A DNA stretch of 64,000 nt from Candidatus Falkowbacteria bacterium (GTDB taxonomy: Bacteria; Patescibacteriota; Patescibacteriia; Patescibacteriales; UBA12465). The translations under genes were made by a program, and so were the position numbers. Location: the NCBI GenBank assembly GCA_037137655.1, contig JBAXJX010000002.1:229730-293729 (forward strand), given 5' to 3'. The notes under the pieces are model-generated. The model ran no database searches and was not told the origin of the DNA. It saw nothing but the letters and a program-made list of their open reading frames with translations. Below, piece by piece: positions 7,484-15,790 of the stretch (positions within the stretch are counted from its first letter, which is position 1; each line of letters begins with the position of its first letter).

Positions 7484-8728
7484 ATGTTTAATGCGGAAAA
7501 TTTAAAACAGACCGATCCGTTAGTTTTGGAAATTATTAATAAAGAGTTACTCCGTCAAAATGAAGAATTAGAATTAATTGCTTCGGAAAATTACGCTTCG
7601 GCGGCGGTGCTAGAATCTATGGCTTCAGTATTGGCTAATAAATATAGTGAAGGTTATAGTGGTCATCGTTATTATGGCGGTAATCAGATTATTGATGAGA
7701 TTGAAGATTTAGCGATTGCGCGCGCCAAAGAACTTTTTGGCGCCGCCCATGTTAACGTTCAACCACTTTCCGGTTCACCAGCTAACGCAGCGGTGTATAT
7801 GGCTTTCTTGGAGCCAGGTGATAAAGTTTTAGGTTTAAGATTGGATCACGGCGGACATTTATCGCATGGTCACGCGGTAAATTTTTCCGGCCGTTTATAT
7901 AATTTTGTGCAATATGGTGTGAATCCAGAAACTGGAATTATTGATATGGATGAAGTTAGAGAAATCGCTTTGCGCGAAAAACCAAAAATGATTGTAGCTG
8001 GCTTTAGTGCTTACTCTCGGGAAATTGATTGGCAGAAATTTAAAGATATTGCTGATGAAGTTGGAGCTTATACTTTTGCGGATATTGCGCATATCGCTGG
8101 ACTTGTGGCCGCTGGCGTTGTTAGTAACCCAGTGCCAATTTTTGATGTTGTTTCAACTACCACTCATAAAACTTTACGCGGACCACGCGGGGCGATAATT
8201 ATGTGCCAAGAAAAATTTGCCAAGCAAATTGATCGCGCGGTTTTCCCAGGAATGCAAGGTGGTCCACATGATCACATTACCGCGGCGAAGGCCGTCGCTT
8301 TTGGTGAAGCGCTAAAACCGGAATTTAAAGATTATGCGACGCAAGTTATAAAAAATGCTCAAGCAATGGCGGCTGATTTTATAAAATTAGGCTACAAAAT
8401 TGTTTCTGGCGGAACTGATAATCATTTATTTGTAATTGATTTAAGCTCAAAAGGTTTGGTAGGGAAGGAAGCGGAAAAAGCTTTAGAGGCAATTGGTATT
8501 TCGGTTTCACGTTCAACTATTCCGAACGATCCAAATCCACCAATGAATCCGTCAGGGCTTCGTTTGGGAACGGCTGCAATTACAACTCGTGGTTTGAAAG
8601 AAGCCGAAGTGAAACAAGTTGTAGAACTTATTGATACGGCCTTGCAAAATAAAGACAATGAAGCTAAGTTACAAGAATTGAAGGAAAAAGTTAGAACTTT
8701 ATGTTTACAATTCCCAGTATATAAATAA
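7484..8728 (+). CDS. glyA: Serine hydroxymethyltransferase
   Basis: 414 aa. LELIASENY, SEGYSGHRYYGG and TTTHKTLRGPRG (PLP-lysine region) are classical SHMT motifs. Confidence 0.95.
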   Translation: MFNAENLKQTDPLVLEIINKELLRQNEELELIASENYASAAVLESMASVLANKYSEGYSGHRYYGGNQIIDEIEDLAIARAKELFGAAHVNVQPLSGSPANAAVYMAFLEPGDKVLGLRLDHGGHLSHGHAVNFSGRLYNFVQYGVNPETGIIDMDEVREIALREKPKMIVAGFSAYSREIDWQKFKDIADEVGAYTFADIAHIAGLVAAGVVSNPVPIFDVVSTTTHKTLRGPRGAIIMCQEKFAKQIDRAVFPGMQGGPHDHITAAKAVAFGEALKPEFKDYATQVIKNAQAMAADFIKLGYKIVSGGTDNHLFVIDLSSKGLVGKEAEKALEAIGISVSRSTIPNDPNPPMNPSGLRLGTAAITTRGLKEAEVKQVVELIDTALQNKDNEAKLQELKEKVRTLCLQFPVYK

Positions 8729-8734
8729 GATATT

Positions 8735-9595
8735 ATGATGAAATTAATTGATGGCAAAAAAATTGCTGAAAAAATTAAAAATAAAATTGCCGCTGAAGTT
8801 TTTACTTTTGGCGAACGTCGCCCGAACTTGGCGATTATTTTGGCGGGCGACCGAGAAGATTCTAAACTTTATGTTTCACTTAAAGAACGTGAAGCAAAAA
8901 AAGTTGGCATTGATACCCATGTCTATAAGTTAAATGATTATGATTCCGAACAAACTTTGTTGGATTTAATTGGCTTCTTAAATAATGATGAATTAGTGGA
9001 TGGTATTTTAGTGCAATTACCTCTACCAGCCAAATATGACACTGCTAAAGTTATTAGGGCGATTGATCCGGCAAAAGATGTGGATGGTTTTCATCCCGAG
9101 AAGCCGGACTATATTGTATCGCCAGTTATCGCTTCAACTCTAAAATGTTTAGAAGAAATTAAATTTGACTTAAAAGATAAACAAGTTGTTCTATTATATA
9201 ATTCAGAAGTTTTTGGTGACTCTATGACTGAGGCATTAAATGTTTTTATGCCGAGTTTAATTAAAATTTCTTTGAAAGATTTTTCCACTCTAGACATTTC
9301 AGATAAAGCTAAAAAAGTAGCCGAAATTACAGCTGTGACTAAAAAAGCCGATGTGATTATTAGTGCTTTAGGTTTACCAGGCTTTGTAATTGCTGACATG
9401 TTGAAACCGGAAGCGGTTTTGATTGATATTGGAATTTCTAAAATCGAAGAAAAAGTTTTTGGTGATGTAGACGCCGATGGTGTCAAAGATGTGGCTGGAT
9501 TTTTAACTCCGGTCCCAGGTGGCATTGGTCCGATGACGATTGCAATGTTGTTTAAGAACGTTTTGGAAATTCATAAGCGCCGCTACGGTATTTAA
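8735..9595 (+). CDS. folD: Bifunctional methylenetetrahydrofolate dehydrogenase / methenyl-THF cyclohydrolase
   Basis: 286 aa. YVSLKEREAKKVGI, ILVQLPLP, DVDGFHP and a C-terminal TPVPGGIGPMT are FolD motifs. It lies 6 nt after glyA. Confidence 0.9.
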   Translation: MMKLIDGKKIAEKIKNKIAAEVFTFGERRPNLAIILAGDREDSKLYVSLKEREAKKVGIDTHVYKLNDYDSEQTLLDLIGFLNNDELVDGILVQLPLPAKYDTAKVIRAIDPAKDVDGFHPEKPDYIVSPVIASTLKCLEEIKFDLKDKQVVLLYNSEVFGDSMTEALNVFMPSLIKISLKDFSTLDISDKAKKVAEITAVTKKADVIISALGLPGFVIADMLKPEAVLIDIGISKIEEKVFGDVDADGVKDVAGFLTPVPGGIGPMTIAMLFKNVLEIHKRRYGI

Positions 9596-9612
9596 TTATT
9601 ATTACTCTACAT

Positions 9613-11382
9613 ATGGATAAGTTTGACTCGCAAAAACAGCAGTTAAAAGAATTGCTCAAAATTCACTATGGCTTTGATGTTTTTCGCCCTGGACAGGAAC
9701 GGGCGATTGACGATGTTTTGCGTGGCAAAGATACAATCGTCGTGATGCCGACCGGTGGTGGTAAATCTTTAATTTATCAATTACCAGCCTTAGTCTTGGA
9801 CGGTATTACAATTGTGATTTCGCCCTTAATATCTTTAATGAAAGATCAAGTTGATTCGTTAACCCGCAATGGTATTCCGGCCACTTTTATTAATTCATCA
9901 ATTTCACCAGAGGAAGTACGTTCTCGTTTAAATAAATTAAAGGAGGGGCGTTATAAAATTGTCTATATTGCACCGGAAAGATTTTACAATCAGGATTTCA
10001 TGGAAAATTTAAAAGAGATTAAAGTCTCTTTGTTTGCGATTGATGAGGCTCATTGTATTAGTTCTTGGGGGCATGATTTTCGTCCAAGTTATTTGCGTCT
10101 TCGTCGTGCGATTGATTTAGTTGGTCGCCCAACTATCGTCGCTTTAACTGCGACCGCAACACCAGAAGTGCGCTTAGATATTGCTAAGCAATTAGAATTA
10201 AAAGATTATGATTTAGTGATTACCGGTTTTGCCCGTAAGAATTTACAATTTGGCGTGATGCATGCTAGTGAATCTAATAAGGAAGAATTAATTTTGGATA
10301 TTTTAAAAAGTGCTGATCATGGTTCGGGTATTATTTATGTGGGCACAAGAAATAAAGCTGACAGCTTAGTGGAAGTTTTAAACAATAATGATATCAAGGC
10401 AATCGCTTATCATGCCGGCATGGATAATGAAAGTCGCGATTGGGTGCAAAATAATTTTATGAAGGGTGACGCTCAAGTTGTGGTTGCCACTAATGCTTTT
10501 GGGCTTGGTATTGATAAACGTGATGTGCGTTTTGTGATTCATCATGATATGCCGGGAACAGTTGAGGCTTATTACCAGGAAGCGGGTCGGGCCGGACGTG
10601 ATGGTAAAGAAAGCTTTTGTTTATTGTTATTTTCTCCGAAAGATAGATACTTGCGCGAATTTTTTATTAAAGGTGATAACCCAAGTCCTAATATTATTTT
10701 GGAAATTTATGATTTTTTGTGTAACTACAAAGGGCCGAAAGATGGTGATTCAATTTTAATAACTTATTCTGATATTTCAAAAAATTTATCTGAGAATACG
10801 CCGGACATGGCGATTGGTACGGCCTTAAAAATCTTGGAACGTGAAGGTTACATCGCTCGTCCTAATGAGAAAACAACCAATGCTTTTCTTAAAGGTTTGG
10901 TTGATATGGAAAAAATGTTGGAGCTGATCGGAAAGAGAGCTAAGACTCAGGCTGATGTTTTAGAAAAAATATTTGGTCGCTTTAAGGAAAATTTATATTC
11001 TGGTTGGCAAGTTAATTTTGAAGATTTGGCTGAAATTTTAAATGTAAAAAAAGATGCTATTACCAGAACTTTTAAAAAATTAGTGGATCTTGGGGCAGTG
11101 GAATATCAACCGCCATTTAAAGGTACGGAAATTAAAGTTTTAAAATTTGTTCATCCTGATGATGTCCAAATTGACTTCCGTGCACTTAAAGAAAAATTAA
11201 ATCGCGCTTACGAAAAATTGGACGAGATGGAAGGCTATGCCCATTCTTTGGGTTGTCGTCAGGAATATATTTTAAAATACTTTGGTGATGAAAATATTTG
11301 TCGTTGCGGCAAGTGTGATGTTTGTTTACGCCCACCACAAAAACAAGCGGCGGCAAAGAGAAGCTTTTTGGGGGATTATTGA
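9613..11382 (+). CDS. recQ: ATP-dependent DNA helicase RecQ
   Basis: 589 aa. MPTGGGKS (Walker A), DEAHCISSWGHDFRPSY (DEAH plus the RecQ aromatic loop), a zinc-binding Cys cluster and a C-terminal Cys-rich end. Confidence 0.9.
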   Translation: MDKFDSQKQQLKELLKIHYGFDVFRPGQERAIDDVLRGKDTIVVMPTGGGKSLIYQLPALVLDGITIVISPLISLMKDQVDSLTRNGIPATFINSSISPEEVRSRLNKLKEGRYKIVYIAPERFYNQDFMENLKEIKVSLFAIDEAHCISSWGHDFRPSYLRLRRAIDLVGRPTIVALTATATPEVRLDIAKQLELKDYDLVITGFARKNLQFGVMHASESNKEELILDILKSADHGSGIIYVGTRNKADSLVEVLNNNDIKAIAYHAGMDNESRDWVQNNFMKGDAQVVVATNAFGLGIDKRDVRFVIHHDMPGTVEAYYQEAGRAGRDGKESFCLLLFSPKDRYLREFFIKGDNPSPNIILEIYDFLCNYKGPKDGDSILITYSDISKNLSENTPDMAIGTALKILEREGYIARPNEKTTNAFLKGLVDMEKMLELIGKRAKTQADVLEKIFGRFKENLYSGWQVNFEDLAEILNVKKDAITRTFKKLVDLGAVEYQPPFKGTEIKVLKFVHPDDVQIDFRALKEKLNRAYEKLDEMEGYAHSLGCRQEYILKYFGDENICRCGKCDVCLRPPQKQAAAKRSFLGDY

Positions 11383-11471
11383 CATTTGTTGTTTGTTATG
11401 TTAATATTGATATAGTTCATTGAGAGAAGAACAATAGAAAAAATAGTAACACAAACTAAAAAAGGGAAATA

Positions 11472-11873
11472 ATGAATAAGACAGGTTTGATAGGTACGCC
11501 CTATCAGAGAATTCTAGTTATCGAGGATGAATTCACTAACCAGTATCTATTTGAATTAAATCTCAAGGATAGTGGAATTGAAGACATTAAAGCTTTTAAC
11601 CTTAGAGAAGGCAAAGAACTTTTTGATAAATTTGATGGAGACTTTGACTTTGTTTTAGTTGATGCTTGCCTGGAATCAAAACAACCTGATTCCATGGAGT
11701 TAATTGCTTACATTAAAGATTCTGGTTTCGCTGGAGAAATTGTGGCCATTTCATCAAATGATGATAGAAATGATTTACTAATTGCAGCTGGAGCAACCCT
11801 TAAGTTTCTTAAAACTGAAACAGGTAAGATGCTCAAAAACTACAGGTGTTATCACAAAATTATTAAAGGTTAA
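11472..11873 (+). CDS. Stand-alone response-regulator receiver (CheY-like) domain protein
   Basis: 133 aa. ILVIEDE acidic pocket, VLVDACL candidate phospho-Asp, AISSN and a conserved Lys near the C-terminus. It has no output domain, and there is no kinase gene in the window. Confidence 0.55.
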   Translation: MNKTGLIGTPYQRILVIEDEFTNQYLFELNLKDSGIEDIKAFNLREGKELFDKFDGDFDFVLVDACLESKQPDSMELIAYIKDSGFAGEIVAISSNDDRNDLLIAAGATLKFLKTETGKMLKNYRCYHKIIKG

Positions 11874-11879
11874 GTTAAG

Positions 11880-11906
11880 TGGAAGCAAAACAAGCTTCCA
11901 TTTTTT
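11880..11906 (+). terminator. Intrinsic terminator after the receiver gene
   Basis: Stem tggaagc / gcttcca (11880-11886 / 11894-11900) followed by a T-run at 11901-11906. Confidence 0.6.
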
Positions 11907-11918
11907 ATTTTTACAAAC

Positions 11919-11950
11919 AAAAAACCCATCTCAATTGAGATGGGTTTTTA
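11919..11950. terminator. Bidirectional terminator-like palindrome
   Basis: aaaacccatctcaattgagatgggtttt: 12-nt arms (11923-11934 / 11935-11946) flanked by an A-run and a T-run. It sits between convergent genes. Confidence 0.6.
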
Positions 11951-11967
11951 AGTAAGTAAACTATTGT

Positions 11968-12963
11968 TTAGTTGCTACCACAACTTGCGGCTGCGCCACC
12001 GGCGCTAGTACCAGTACCAAAACCTGGGGCTGGGGAAGCAGAGCTCAAAGCTAATTTACATTCAGCTGGTTGAGTTGTGAAAGCAGAACAAACGCTAGCT
12101 AATAAACTAGCTGAGTCACGACCGCTTTGTGATTCAACGCCATTGATAATCAAGGTTGGTGATCCACCAACGCTATATTTAGCATTGTCAGCTTTGTATA
12201 GATTTACAACTGGGTAGCTACCTTTCTTTTCAGTTCCAGTAGTTACGCTGAATTGTTTGTCAGTTTTTGCTGCACAAGTATTTAATTTAGCAGTGTCAAT
12301 TTTAGTTGAAGCTAAACAAGCAGCGCTATCGCCTGCGCCCAAGAAACATTTCAAGTAAGAAATGTATTTAGGTGTTTGTTCTTTGTTGATACAATATTGG
12401 TTTAATTCTTCTTTTAATTCTTTATCACCATGCATTGAGTAATCAACGAATTTAATTTGAATATCAGCCTTAGCTTTTAAAGCTTCAATTACTGGAATCA
12501 TACCTTTTTCGATTTGAGTACCGTAAGGACAATGACTCATAACAAATAATTCTACAACTGGTTTAGCAGTTTTTGGAATGTTTTGTTGTACTGGAGCGCT
12601 AGCTGAATCAGTGCTAGTAGCACCACCTTTAGTAGCAGCCGCTTTATCCTCGATTTCTTTAACGTTTAAAGCATTTGGGAAAAAGATAGAGCCGTCTTTA
12701 GTGGAGTAAGAATCAATAACTTGACCGGAGCCGATATCGATTGTCATTTTGTATAGACCATTTTCTTCGGCAACTTTTTGAATAGTTGCTTTGCTACCTG
12801 GAGTCATCAAATTATCATTGATGAAAGTTTCCATTTTAAGTTTAGCAGCTTCCGGAGTGATTGTTGTACTCTTAGAAAACAATTTGGAGTCACAACCGCC
12901 GAGACTAAGAGAAACGGCAACAAGAAGTGACAACGCGGAAATACGGGCGAAGTTTTTCTTCAT
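11968..12963 (-). CDS. Lipoprotein with a thioredoxin/DsbA-like domain carrying a monothiol CPYG site
   Basis: Lipobox LSLGG/C after MKKNFARISALSLLVAV. I start at the internal ATG (complement of 12961-12963) rather than the track start at 12999. FVMSHCPYGTQ sits in a thioredoxin-fold-like context, followed by a Cys-containing helical insert and a Gly/Ala/Ser tail. Confidence 0.55.
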   Translation of the reverse strand: MKKNFARISALSLLVAVSLSLGGCDSKLFSKSTTITPEAAKLKMETFINDNLMTPGSKATIQKVAEENGLYKMTIDIGSGQVIDSYSTKDGSIFFPNALNVKEIEDKAAATKGGATSTDSASAPVQQNIPKTAKPVVELFVMSHCPYGTQIEKGMIPVIEALKAKADIQIKFVDYSMHGDKELKEELNQYCINKEQTPKYISYLKCFLGAGDSAACLASTKIDTAKLNTCAAKTDKQFSVTTGTEKKGSYPVVNLYKADNAKYSVGGSPTLIINGVESQSGRDSASLLASVCSAFTTQPAECKLALSSASPAPGFGTGTSAGGAAASCGSN

Positions 12964-13094
12964 AGTTTTTAATTTTAGGGTCGGATTATTTGCGAACACC
13001 TAATAAAATTAATTATAAATAAAATAAGTGGTCTAAGTGGTCTTAGAGCCTGGTGTTATTATAGAGCTTTTTGTGAAAAACATCAAATTTGTCT

Positions 13095-13808
13095 TTAGCG
13101 GGCGGTTTCTAGAAATTTTGCAATACTGTCTGGTAGTGGCGCTTGAAATTTTTGTCGAACACCTTCTAAATCGTTAAATTCAAGTTCAGTTGATACCAAG
13201 AAGACGCGATCCAGTTTATTTTTAAGATTTTTTAATTTGGTGATGCGGGTGCAATATAAATTATCGCCAACGATTGGGTGTCCGTAGGCAAAAAGATGAA
13301 CGCGAATTTGATGAGTACGTCCAGTTTTAATATTTACTTTAAGTAAGGTGTAATTAACCATCTTTTTGATAACTGAAATTGAGGTTACGGCATGACGAAT
13401 TTTATCATCACTGTGATCGGCAAAGTTTTTTGGCACGGCCGCCATTTTAAATCCGGCTGTAGCGCGCTTGATCGGAAAATCAATTTCATCCTCATCTTTG
13501 GAAAGTTTACCGTAGACAAGGGCGGTATATTCTTTTTTAATAGTACGATCTTGAAATTGTGCTTTAAGGCTGTCGTAGGTCTCTTGGTTTTTACAAACCA
13601 CCATTAGACCGCTAACATCGCGATCAAGACGATGAACGATGCCAGGGCGCATTGGATCTTCACCGACATTTTTAATGTCGGGATATTTTTTTGTTAACCA
13701 ATCAACTAAAGTTTCGCCAACAATCCCAATTCCGCCGTGCACTAATAGGCCGGCTGGTTTATTGATAACTAGATAATCTTTTGTCTCGGAAATTATTTCT
13801 GCTTCCAT
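13095..13808 (-). CDS. RluA-family 23S rRNA/tRNA pseudouridine synthase (lacks an S4 domain)
   Basis: 237 aa. HRLDRDVSGLMV (catalytic Asp motif) and GRTHQIRVH are RluA/RluD family signatures. Confidence 0.85.
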   Translation of the reverse strand: MEAEIISETKDYLVINKPAGLLVHGGIGIVGETLVDWLTKKYPDIKNVGEDPMRPGIVHRLDRDVSGLMVVCKNQETYDSLKAQFQDRTIKKEYTALVYGKLSKDEDEIDFPIKRATAGFKMAAVPKNFADHSDDKIRHAVTSISVIKKMVNYTLLKVNIKTGRTHQIRVHLFAYGHPIVGDNLYCTRITKLKNLKNKLDRVFLVSTELEFNDLEGVRQKFQAPLPDSIAKFLETAR

Positions 13809-13818
13809 ATTTTTTTTG

Positions 13819-15267
13819 TTATTTCTTTTTCATTAATAAAAACATTTTAATGTCATCTAAGTCTATAGCTCTTAGTAGATAAAGTACAGCCCCATACATT
13901 GCTGTGGCCAAAATTAGAGCTATAAATAATCCGCCAGCGTTGCGATAAAAATTGTGGGGCAAAAGGATTAAGACTTCAGCCATAAAACAAGAGGCCCAAA
14001 TTGATTTTAAAAATATTTTGTTTTTTGGGAAAAAATTAGTATAGCGATAAGCAAGAAAGGCTAAAAAAATGGTAATCGAGGCTTCACTATAAATTGTTAC
14101 CCAAGCAGCACCGATGTAGGAATATTTTGGAATAAAAATTAGATAGCCAACGAGCGATGTGATAGCGGTAAAAACGTAGGCCGGAATGGTTTTTTTGGCT
14201 TTGTCTACGGCAATAAGGGCGTGGGCAAAAATAGCACTAATAAAGATTAGGCCAGCCGCACCGATTAAAATGCGCAACGCTAAGCCTGATTCTGCGAAAC
14301 TATCGCCACCGACTAAAGTCATAATTTCCGTACTTAGAAATTGGGCCCCAATAATGAAAGGAATAGCTAATATTAGCATAAAGTCGTATGATTTTTGAAA
14401 GACGGCTTTAAAATAATCAAAGTTTTTGGTCGCCCACGCCGCTGTTAAAATTGGTAAAACAATGCCGCAAAACATATAAGGCACGGTGATTAAAATATCG
14501 ATTACGCGATAAGCGGCACCATAAATACCAACATCCCCTTGGTTTTTAACTAATGATAGAATTAAGGTGTCAGTTTTTAGATAAATCAGATTAAAAACAA
14601 TAGTGACGGCGAGGGGCCAAGATTTTTGGAAAATACTTTTCCAAAGGGAAAAATCCCAAGCTAAGTTTATGCGGGTAAATTTGCGGGAGAAATAAAGTTG
14701 TAAAAAAAAGCTTAAGGCACTGGAGATAACTAGGGTAAATAGAATGAAGTTAAGCCCTAAATTGAAATAAACACCAGCCACTACGCCAAGTAACATGGCG
14801 ACTCGACTAAGGATTTCGGCCCAAGCTACATAATGCATGGTTAGCTTTTTTTGGAATAATGCTACAAGCACTTGGCTTAAGGCTGGGAAGATAAAGGATA
14901 AACTGGCAATTAAAATACCTAATTTAATGGCGCCGGAATAAGGCAAAAAGAAAGCGATAATTGGGCCTAAAACTATTAAACTAACAATAGATACTAGGCG
15001 GAGAGTAAAAAGATTATTTAGAATTTTGTTTTCTAAGTGTTCATTGTCAGGGTGACTAATCATTTGAACAGTCACTAGGGTTAATCCTAGATCGGCAATA
15101 ATAGCGAAAAAAGACAAAAAATTAACGATCGTGGTGTATTCGCCATAAGAATATTTTCCTAGGTAGCGAGTCATCAAAACAACGGAAAAGACCCCTAAAA
15201 CTGTGGATAAAACCTTGCTAATAATTTGGATACTGGCGTTTTGAGCGATTTTAGCTTTCAAGCTCAT
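13819..15267 (-). CDS. MOP-superfamily oligosaccharide/polysaccharide flippase (Wzx-like)
   Basis: 482 aa with roughly 14 TM helices. The N-terminus, IQIISKVLSTVLGVFSVVLMTRYLG, is typical of polysaccharide biosynthesis flippases. Confidence 0.6.
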   Translation of the reverse strand: MSLKAKIAQNASIQIISKVLSTVLGVFSVVLMTRYLGKYSYGEYTTIVNFLSFFAIIADLGLTLVTVQMISHPDNEHLENKILNNLFTLRLVSIVSLIVLGPIIAFFLPYSGAIKLGILIASLSFIFPALSQVLVALFQKKLTMHYVAWAEILSRVAMLLGVVAGVYFNLGLNFILFTLVISSALSFFLQLYFSRKFTRINLAWDFSLWKSIFQKSWPLAVTIVFNLIYLKTDTLILSLVKNQGDVGIYGAAYRVIDILITVPYMFCGIVLPILTAAWATKNFDYFKAVFQKSYDFMLILAIPFIIGAQFLSTEIMTLVGGDSFAESGLALRILIGAAGLIFISAIFAHALIAVDKAKKTIPAYVFTAITSLVGYLIFIPKYSYIGAAWVTIYSEASITIFLAFLAYRYTNFFPKNKIFLKSIWASCFMAEVLILLPHNFYRNAGGLFIALILATAMYGAVLYLLRAIDLDDIKMFLLMKKK

Positions 15268-15350
15268 AGAATTGTTTTTTATTTGGTCTTATGTTAATAT
15301 AATCATAATCACATTTGCATCAAATATTGTCAAATTAATTTAAAAAATAT

Positions 15351-15749
15351 ATGAAAATTGGTCTTAAGCGTTTTTCAGTTTTATCATTTTTGTTAATTTT
15401 ATCTTGCGCTTGGTTTGTTACTGCTACACAAACAGTGTCAGCAGCTGTACCGCAATATGGTATGGATACTGTCGGATCAGTTAGTTACGGTACAACCCAA
15501 AGTGGTGCGACTGATGTGCGTACTATCGCTGCCAGGATTATAAATGTAACTCTAAGTCTTTTGGCTATAATTGTCGTGTCTTTGATCATTTTCTCCGGTT
15601 ATCAATGGATGACGGCCGGTGGTGACGAAAAAGTTATCGATACAGCCAAGAGTCGTATGTCTAATGCTGTTATCGGTTTAGTGATCGTTTTGGCGGCTTG
15701 GGGAATTTCTACTTTTGTTATGTCGACAGTCTTAAATGTCGCAAAGTAA
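15351..15749 (+). CDS. VirB2/TrbC-like pilin-family small membrane protein, paralog 7 (unlinked copy upstream of ftsK)
   Basis: 132 aa. Signal peptide ending VSA/A. Module SGYQWMTAGGDEKVIDTAKS: 32 of 35 residues match paralog 6 across the core, and the C-terminal helix resembles paralog 1 (LAAWGISTF). Confidence 0.7.
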   Translation: MKIGLKRFSVLSFLLILSCAWFVTATQTVSAAVPQYGMDTVGSVSYGTTQSGATDVRTIAARIINVTLSLLAIIVVSLIIFSGYQWMTAGGDEKVIDTAKSRMSNAVIGLVIVLAAWGISTFVMSTVLNVAK

Positions 15750-15790
15750 TAATTTGCAGTTATTGAATAAAAAATTGATACTTACCTACC

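Noticed and set aside
12964-12999. Upstream start (MFANNPTLKLKT) of the thioredoxin-like lipoprotein, and likewise the 41268-41306 extension of porD.
   Set aside because: The internal starts give a standard lipoprotein signal peptide (MKKNFARISALS...) and a porD start 4 nt after the porG stop. The extensions add non-signal-like residues or overlap the upstream gene.
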